Source: Polymyxa betae A26-41
Taxonomy: Eukaryota; Protista; Endomyxa: Phytomyxea
Length of the DNA stretch: 64,000 nucleotides
Assembly: GCA_003693705.1 (NCBI GenBank)
Contig: RBZT01000743.1
Span: 1-64,000, forward strand
Reading direction: 5' to 3'
Under the pieces are notes generated by a model. That model was not told where the DNA came from and made no database searches. It saw only the letters and a list, made by a program, of their open reading frames with translations. The position numbers were made by a program, and so were the translations under genes. This document shows positions 56,404 to 64,000 of the stretch, in pieces (position 1 is the stretch's first letter; the number at the start of each line of letters is the position of its first letter).

Positions 56404-59400
56404 ATGAATGATATTCATAATCAAGATGGCCAGCCCGTGCGTTCTGGACGATCATGGGCGCTCATGCAGTCGGATACCGAACAGACTATACCTGTCCAGG
56501 GCCCGACCCTGACCATCGGTCGGTTCCCCGATAACGATCTCGTCTTGGAGACGCCATCGTCAAGGTCGTATCTATTCTGTTTATTTACCCTGCCTTATCA
56601 ATCACCATTTCGAGAACTGTTTCTACAATTTTACGCTTTTTCAATACATTTGCACTTGTTCCACTCCATAATAATCTAATTTTGCTCTTTGCGATTTTCT
56701 TCTCAGTAGTTAGATTTTTCGCTTTATCGGCTTTGCAAAGTGCCTCGGACCATATTATTTCATTATTATCTTTAAATATTGAATCTGTGTTGCTCAGTAA
56801 TTTTCATGCTGTCATTATCGAAGGCGATGATGGTATCTGGTACATTACAGATCGTCATTCTAGTAATGGGACTTTACTCAATACCATTCGTCTCAAATCT
56901 GGACATTGTCATCCACTGCATTACGGCGATCGCCTCAAATTCACCAAATCCTTCGAGTCGGCGCCCGTCTTCACCGTCGTACCCGCCCCGGACGACTCCA
57001 TCGCTCACGATCCACGTCCAGCACCCGTACTGACCCAATCCGTTGGCGCAAGCGATTCGGACGATGGCTCCGTTGATTTCGCAGCCGACGCCGATGGGCG
57101 TACTGGCCGCCCGGCTGCTGTCCCGGATTCCGACGAACACCCGCTGGATCTGCCCGCTGTTGTTGGTGGCGACCGCCGTACTGGACCCGATGGTGTCGTT
57201 ATTGAGGAACGCCTCACTCGATCTCCTGTCATTGCGGATAGCCACGCCGATCGTGGTGATGACGGCGCCAATCATAGCGCAGGTGAGGCGTCTGGTCACG
57301 TTGATCATGATGGCGACAGCCGCGATGTTGTAGATCTAACGGGGTCGCCCGAAAGAAAACGTCGTCGAGAAGACCCTCGACCGAATCTTGGCAAGGTTGA
57401 CGACTATCGCTGCGTGATCTGCGGCGAGCTGCCATTGGCGATGGCAGAAGAAGAATGCGATCTGGATCTGGTGCAAGTTGTGCCATGTCGACATCATTTT
57501 CATCGTGGATGTATCAATATATGGCTGGAGACGCGTGCTGCTCAACCGACCTGCCCGAGCTGTCGGACCCGCGTTGATCGTGTTGAAACGCTTCTTCTAA
57601 TCCATCAACATGCCTCGTTACTACGACAAGAACGTCAGTATGAGATCGAGTTACAGATCGGCGATTCATCTGCCAACGGTATCAGCGAATCGATTGAAGC
57701 TTATCTGGAGGCATTTCGCCGTTTTAAAGATAGCAGGTAATTTGCATTCTTTGAAACTGATTTCCTTCTGTATTGAAATCCTCGTGATGCTTCTCTGCAA
57801 ATTTTTCTCTGACAACTCTTAATTCTGTCATTTTAGATCGACTGCTGAAAGGTTCGATGCCAGAATGCTGGCCCATCTTAATACGGCCGGCACGACCGCA
57901 CTGGCCCGATTATCCGGGTTAGCGGCCACGCCGCAGCTCATGCTGCAGGCAATCGGCGACATTCTCGAGGGCGTATTCGATGGCGATGACGATCTCGCTT
58001 CGCTGTACGAGGTCGGTGCACTTCCGGCAGCCGTGCTCGCCCTGTTGGGCCAGCTCGGCGTTCTCTGGGTCCAGACCGCTCTGTCCTATGATACGCCGGT
58101 CGATCCGCAATCCTTTCAGCAACTCCTTCGGGATGTTTCATTGCCGCCATCATTACGAGATCTGATCAACGCCTCGTCACGGCCTTGGTCCGACTCGGAT
58201 CTCCAATCGTGTCTGCGGGGCGATACGACGCCGTCCGCCTCGATCCGCGAACCCGAACCGATCGCTCGGAAGCGGTTCGAGATCCTGCTGGACCAGAACC
58301 TGAAATCCGATGCTGCCAATTACGCTGCGAGTCAGGGCCTACACGCTGAATCATGCCTGATCTGGGCCCAGATGCGTCAGATCGATCTGTTGACAGACCC
58401 GGGCCGTATCACATCGTTATCATGGACGCATCGTGCACAGGTTATGGCGGCCCTCCAAGACGTCGTGGGTTCATCATCCGACGATTTCGTGTTTCGCTTC
58501 ACACGGACGGTTTTCGATACGGATCGGGTGCCGGCTGGGCCTGTACCACCGACCGATACTTCCCATGTCGTCGCGTTACTGGTTGCGTATCTGCGCTCTG
58601 CACCACGTCATGATCTGAAACATTCACTGGCGAATTGTTCGAAATTTCTATCTTGTATGATGAAGGTTGATATGATGTATGGAGTATTGGAACAGCTGGT
58701 CAGTATTAATCCAACAGCTGCTTCATTCCTCGCCTGTGATATCGCCTCACTATTAGCGCCGACGATTAAGTCTCGTTCTGATGATCGACTCGATCTGGCA
58801 TCTGTTTGCAATACCGATTCACAACACGATGGTTTATCTTTGGATCGTGTGCTGCAGCTAATAATCACGATTGTATCGAGCCACGGCGACCTGCAACGAC
58901 AACAATCTCTGGTTGATGTTCTCTGCAGGGTTCCACCTCGCCCATCGCTCATTCTATCGTTAACGAAGAGGTTCATGAAAGTTGGCGTTCGAGGTCATCC
59001 GCTCGCCTGGCAGCTACTTCGATCTGCGGATCTGTCGAGATTCACCTCCACCGAGATCACCCATATCTCCAATATCGCACAGCAGCTGGAAGCCGGAGGC
59101 GTCACCGCCCAGGATTCCGCCCCCGAATTCTATCTCGCGCTATTCAAGCGGCGCCCGTCGAGGGCGAATTTCAACCGGTTTAGCGACCAAGCCGTGGTGC
59201 GCGATGCGGTCGAATGGCTGCGAGCTATTCCGCCTTCGGATCACAGTTTGGAGTCGGTCTCAATTCTAATTGATAATGTCGGCGATGATCAACAAATCGC
59301 CGATATTGTCAAAGAATGCGTTCTGCATGAGACGTTTCCGTTCGTTCAAGATCCGAGATTTTACTGCCATCTGATTGCGAATTCGAACGTTCAGGCTTGG

Positions 59401-59784
59401 TTGATGAAGGTCCCATCGGCTGTCGGCACCAAAGTGATCACAATCTGCGGGCAGCTGATGGCGAGCAGCGTCCTGTTGGGAGACGGGAACGCCGGCTCAG
59501 GGCTGCCGAAACTGATCGATGATGCGCCCGAGGCTCTCTCGGCCCGGATCTATGAATGTGCTTGCCGAATGGCGTTAGAGCAATATCATGATGGGAAGAT
59601 CACATCCCGATCTAAACGCAACCTGATTCGCCCTTGGATTCATCGTCTGAGATCGCTCTGTCTGGTATCGGATAGCAAAGCTCGCTGGACGGGTTTCCAG
59701 AATACGTCGATGCGGACGTTGAAACCCACCGATCCGCTCTATCGCGAACTTCGATCCGCCGGCCTGTTTAATGCCATTGTCTAG
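56404..59784 (+). CDS. FHA plus RING-H2 E3 ligase-like protein with a long helical C-terminal region; about 1015 aa, 3 exons
   Basis: FHA IGRFPDND..S|NFHA..DRHSSNGT; RING CVIC...CRHHFHRGC...W...CPSCR. Introns 56565-56797 and 57737-57836 give 3048 nt in frame. Confidence 0.75.
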
Positions 59785-61335
59785 TTGCAAGCGTTGCATT
59801 AGCAGCTTTGGCTAAAGTTGCTCATTGAAATACGGGTGTCTTTCTGATGGTGCGGACGCCAGATTTGAGGTAGCAGCATCGAATGTTGATTCTATTCGCA
59901 AGCCATCCCATCCTACGGCTCATCAATTCATATTCTTTTTTGTCGCATAGTTTTCATCAATCTGCACTCAGTTTGCCAGATGTCCCATGATCAGTTGAAA
60001 TCGCAATCACTGATGCTATGTATGAAGAAGTTTGGCTAGGCGGATACACCTGCTGATGCATCGCAGAGGATGCTGCACAGACAAGCAAATCAAATTTTAT
60101 GTTGAATGGCAATTTAAATTGATAAACGTCAAGAACTTTCAGCGAAGGTTTTCTTCTGATATCAAGTCTGCTATGTTGAAGGATTTCAGTTTGCGAAGCG
60201 TCTTTTCTGTATCTGGGCGGTCTGTTTGGTGCCGGATTATTGCTCGATTATCTCTGCTCGGCAACATAACCACCTATGAATCGATAAGAATACGGCTTCT
60301 GTCTGGTCAAACCAATGATAAAAAAGAGAGACATCTCAATGCCAATGTCTGAGCTATAATCAGAAGAGGCTTGAAGTTCAAAACACAGAACCAACTTTCA
60401 TCGACAGGTAGGTTGGGGTCAGCGCCGAGATTCAGGTCCTTCTTTTTCACAACCAAAACCTCGAATGATGGCTTTAGCCACTAAATTACAATGTGTCCGG
60501 ACACAGGTTCAACATTAAAGGCAATGATATCCAGAGTGTATAACATTTGGCGGAAGCACATGTTGGGAACTTCCATCAAGGCATTTCACCTCGACTGTCC
60601 TAGTACCGACACGGCTGAAATAACAGATCAGAAATCTTCAAGCAGATTATGTCTCCTTCGGCGTCGTCCAACGCTGATCTGAGCGTTATTCTCCAAAATC
60701 ACAATTTACAAAATAAGAAAGATTACATGGCATACTTTTGGACAAAGGTGGATGACGTTTCGACGCTGTTAGCGGCCGTTAACGCTCGACACCGGACAAT
60801 ATGATAAATACTGCACCTGATAGAGTTGGGATGATCATCCACACCCTGAACTTACTGAAAAGTAAAATGGGATGAAGTTGTTGGCCTATTCGGAATCTTT
60901 CTGGTGAGTTTAGCAACGTGCTGGTGCCAGTCAGCTGACACCCTCGTCGATCACAGTATACTACTTGGGCAGATATATTCTCCCGATGTATTCCTTAATT
61001 CACCCGGACGGAGCCACTATAGCAAAGGGATAAACAAACACATGAGACATGTCGCATCAGCCTCGCCTTCGGTGGACGGCGATCACAAACCATTTACAGA
61101 GAGCAGCCGTAACCTTCAGCTGGCTACGTTGCCGATCGATTCAAAAAAATTCAGCGCGAGGCCAAAATTACAGTCAAATGGAACAAATATTCTATGATAC
61201 TTGGTGACGTTGGTTTGGTGCACACGGTAATCGAAGGATAACAATTCATAAGGCGAATCAAAACGGCAAAAAAATTGCAGCCAGAAAAGCAACCGCGCTC
61301 AACTAAGTCAATAAAACTATCGATACAACAAGCCG

Positions 61336-64000
61336 TCACGACTTCCGGCGCTTTATTCTCGGTTTTGTGGCCGAGTTACTAGGACCCAATTCAACACGGC
61401 CCTGGTAGGCCGCTTGTTCGCGGTCCAGGACGGCCTCAAGCGCGTCTAGGTCGCGAAGCCATATGGCCGAAGGCGTGTCGCTGCGCAGGCCGTCAAATCG
61501 TTCCTGAGTGCAGTCCAGATCGGCTCGCAGACTGCGAACACGTTCGTCTGTGAGAGCCCAGAGCGGCATTGATAGAAGATAGTCGTACGACCCATTATAT
61601 AGACGATATCCATGACGGTCCAGTTCATCAATCAGTTCGGCGCGGGTTCGATTACGGACCGGTAGCTGGTCACTGATGACAGCGTCGACGAAACGGACGC
61701 GATTGCGGATCAGATCGAGCTCATGGGCGGCCTTCTGCTCCAGATGTTGTTTACGACGCCGGTAGAAATCAAGACGCAGATCGTAGAACTCGTCGATGAT
61801 GTCGGCGACGTTGGTGTAGCGATGAAGAGCACCGGAAAGATCGAACAGAACCATGTTGGTGATTGGAATAGAGGCGGTCAGGCGAAGAGCGTGCGTTAGA
61901 CGATCATCATTCAATTGCAGCAATGCAGGACCGAGTTTCAATACAAATCGGACACGATCATCTGTATGATGGGCCGTGTATGAGACAACACGACCAGATC
62001 CTACCAGACCGTCTAGGAACTGCTTGTACGATTCTGTAGTACGACCTGCCGGCAACTCCGTGATCTCGACTGTATCTGGACAGATCATAGTATAACAGCC
62101 GATACATTGATACTTGGTTACATTCCCATTCTAATACGGAATATTAGAATCAATGCAACAAACAGAATCAATGAATGCAATATCCGGAAAGCAGTGAAGC
62201 ATTGATGTTGGAACAATGAGAGACACATCAACAAACAGAACAAGAAAACGAATTCGCGTACGGCATCAGTAGCATGCGGGACGATCTGACCCTGGAATCC
62301 GCGATACGACGGAACCAGCGATGGGGGGTCGTGCCGACCCTCGATCCGGTCACGGAGCAGCTGAATGATCTGGCGCGGGTCGTGATTCGGGATGTTGGAC
62401 GACCACCCGGTCCCGATCCCCTGAGACCCTGATCAATGCCGTGTTGATTCTGTTCCGGGAGTTGGCGATTGCCACCAAACCATCACGTACCATTAACAAT
62501 GGCCAAAGGAATGATGGGAACGAACCAGTGCGGCTCAATGCGCATATCATCATCATAGGCGTAGCTCAGCAGAGCGTCATCACTGGCAGGGAACAGGGCA
62601 CTGACAAGAGTTTAGGGTTTTAGGGTTTCGGCGTCACAGCACTGACCGGGCCGATGCTGCCAGGCACGTGTAGATGTATCGGGCAGAGGCCGCATCCTTG
62701 CCGCCCCCATGCCGCGTCCCGAACTGCCCGTTCGGGGCCAGTACGTTGATATTGTTGCTGCCAACATAGTCCTGGGCCAGTCCGACGATCGATTGGCACA
62801 GGGCCACCTCGCCGTGATGGTACGCTGTATGTTCTATGTGGATCCGTTAGTGACGAGTGCGAGCCAGTGGCCAGTATGACCTTACCGGCAACATAACCTG
62901 CCAGCTGTGCGACCTTGATCTCATCTACGAGATTACGTTTGAAACACGCATACAAGATCTTACGTTGTCCAGGTTTAAGTCCATCAGCTAAAGCTGGAAT
63001 AGATCTAATATTATCGGCCATTGAATATAATACCAATTCTTTGTTGATGAAATCCGATAATGTTATACGACCTGGTGAACAACAAATTAACACACAGAGA
63101 AGTGCCCAAAACCAATCGAGTGAACTCAATACGAAATCGTTACATGATTACTCAACCGTCTGGAGTAAAATGTGTGACAAATACATGAACATATGAAGAA
63201 TATGTTGTTACCTTTAGAATAATCTATATATGTATGAGGTTCAAGTTTATGTAACCAGTCCTTTCTATCATTTGACCGTGTAGAATTGAAACATAAATCG
63301 ATGAGATCATCATCAATCTCAGACGAGCCAAATTCAAATTCAACCCGATGTCTGGGAAGATCACTAAAATATTGCTTGGCCTCCGCACTCGTACTGGTCC
63401 CTACGTAGTACAACCCCATACGGAATCAATCGCTGAATAACGTCATCCTGGTTTCGATCAACTGACCGAGTCCTTTGTAGTATTTAGCACGCCAATCTGG
63501 ATGTTGTTCTCGCCAGGCGTGGAACTCAGGTAGCGTGAAGAACTGCGCCGTGCTGGTCCCGCGCCGGGCACAGACAATGGGTGTCACGAACTGTGTCAGA
63601 AACCCAGGAATGCGTAATAGTTCGGGCCAGAAATGGTGCAGGATGTTGATGAAGAGACCCTGGAAAAGTAAACCCTAAAACCCTAGCAGGACGATCCCAG
63701 GACCCACGGACCTTGATATGGGACCCATCATGATCCTGATCAGCCATCAGCATAACCGACCCGTAACGCAGGTCGGCCACGGAGTCGTACCGCCTCCCGG
63801 TCTGCAGTCCCAAGATCCGCTTGATGGCCAGGAATTCCTGCACAGTCATGAATTGGGCGCGTCCAGTCTAACGGGCAGTCGTGCTGGACCTGATTTTCAA
63901 GGAGCTGTGCTGGTGTGGCCTCCCGGACATTGAGAATCTTTCCACGTAACGGATACACCCCGAATGTATCACGTCCAAGTACAGATAGCCCGCTAACAGC
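61336..64000 (-). CDS. TOP2: Type IIA DNA topoisomerase; 5' part outside the window, multi-exon
   Basis: [27 protein letters not shown]|[12 protein letters not shown], catalytic [33 protein letters not shown]. Confidence 0.95.
62611..62628 (+). repeat. Interstitial telomere-like motif TTTAGGGTTTTAGGGTTT in a TOP2 intron
   Basis: Read directly from the sequence. Confidence 0.6.
63670..63685 (-). repeat. Interstitial telomere-like motif (AAACCCTAAAACCCTA on plus) in another TOP2 intron
   Basis: Read directly from the sequence. Confidence 0.6.

Noticed and set aside
59800-61330. Short ORFs between the FHA-RING gene and TOP2
   Set aside because: No consistent spliced frame or motif found on either strand.

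Overview
Compact, intron-dense eukaryotic (protist) nuclear DNA using the standard genetic code. Most introns are about 45-65 nt, microexons are common, and several donors are GC. This architecture plus interstitial TTTTAGGG motifs suggests a plasmodiophorid/phytomyxid such as Spongospora or Plasmodiophora (inference only). About 30 genes were reconstructed by hand-splicing: LACTB2-like, Sen1/senataxin-like helicase, a BTB protein, EMC8/9, COQ5, GCN5, PRMT5, pyruvate carboxylase, two paralogous nucleotide-sugar transporters, DNAJC16-like, SCCPDH-like, P5CS, ATG14/UVRAG-like, NIT2, NDUFS7, mitochondrial DnaJ, ARP5, an FHA-RING E3 and topoisomerase II, plus orphans. Best novelty candidates: (1) a 395-aa type-I membrane, receptor-like protein whose cytoplasmic tail is a divergent DNA ligase I OB-fold (36645-38041, minus); (2) a 69-aa microprotein with a KEN box, D-box and C-terminal IR tail, a candidate APC/C regulator (9832-10041, minus); (3) a long hairpin abutting an inverted-repeat cassette that carries an orphan ORF (34899-36048); (4) a frameshifted small secreted protein containing a perfect 27-bp tandem duplication (22239-22602, minus). 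Family calls rest on motif recognition from memory; no searches were run.
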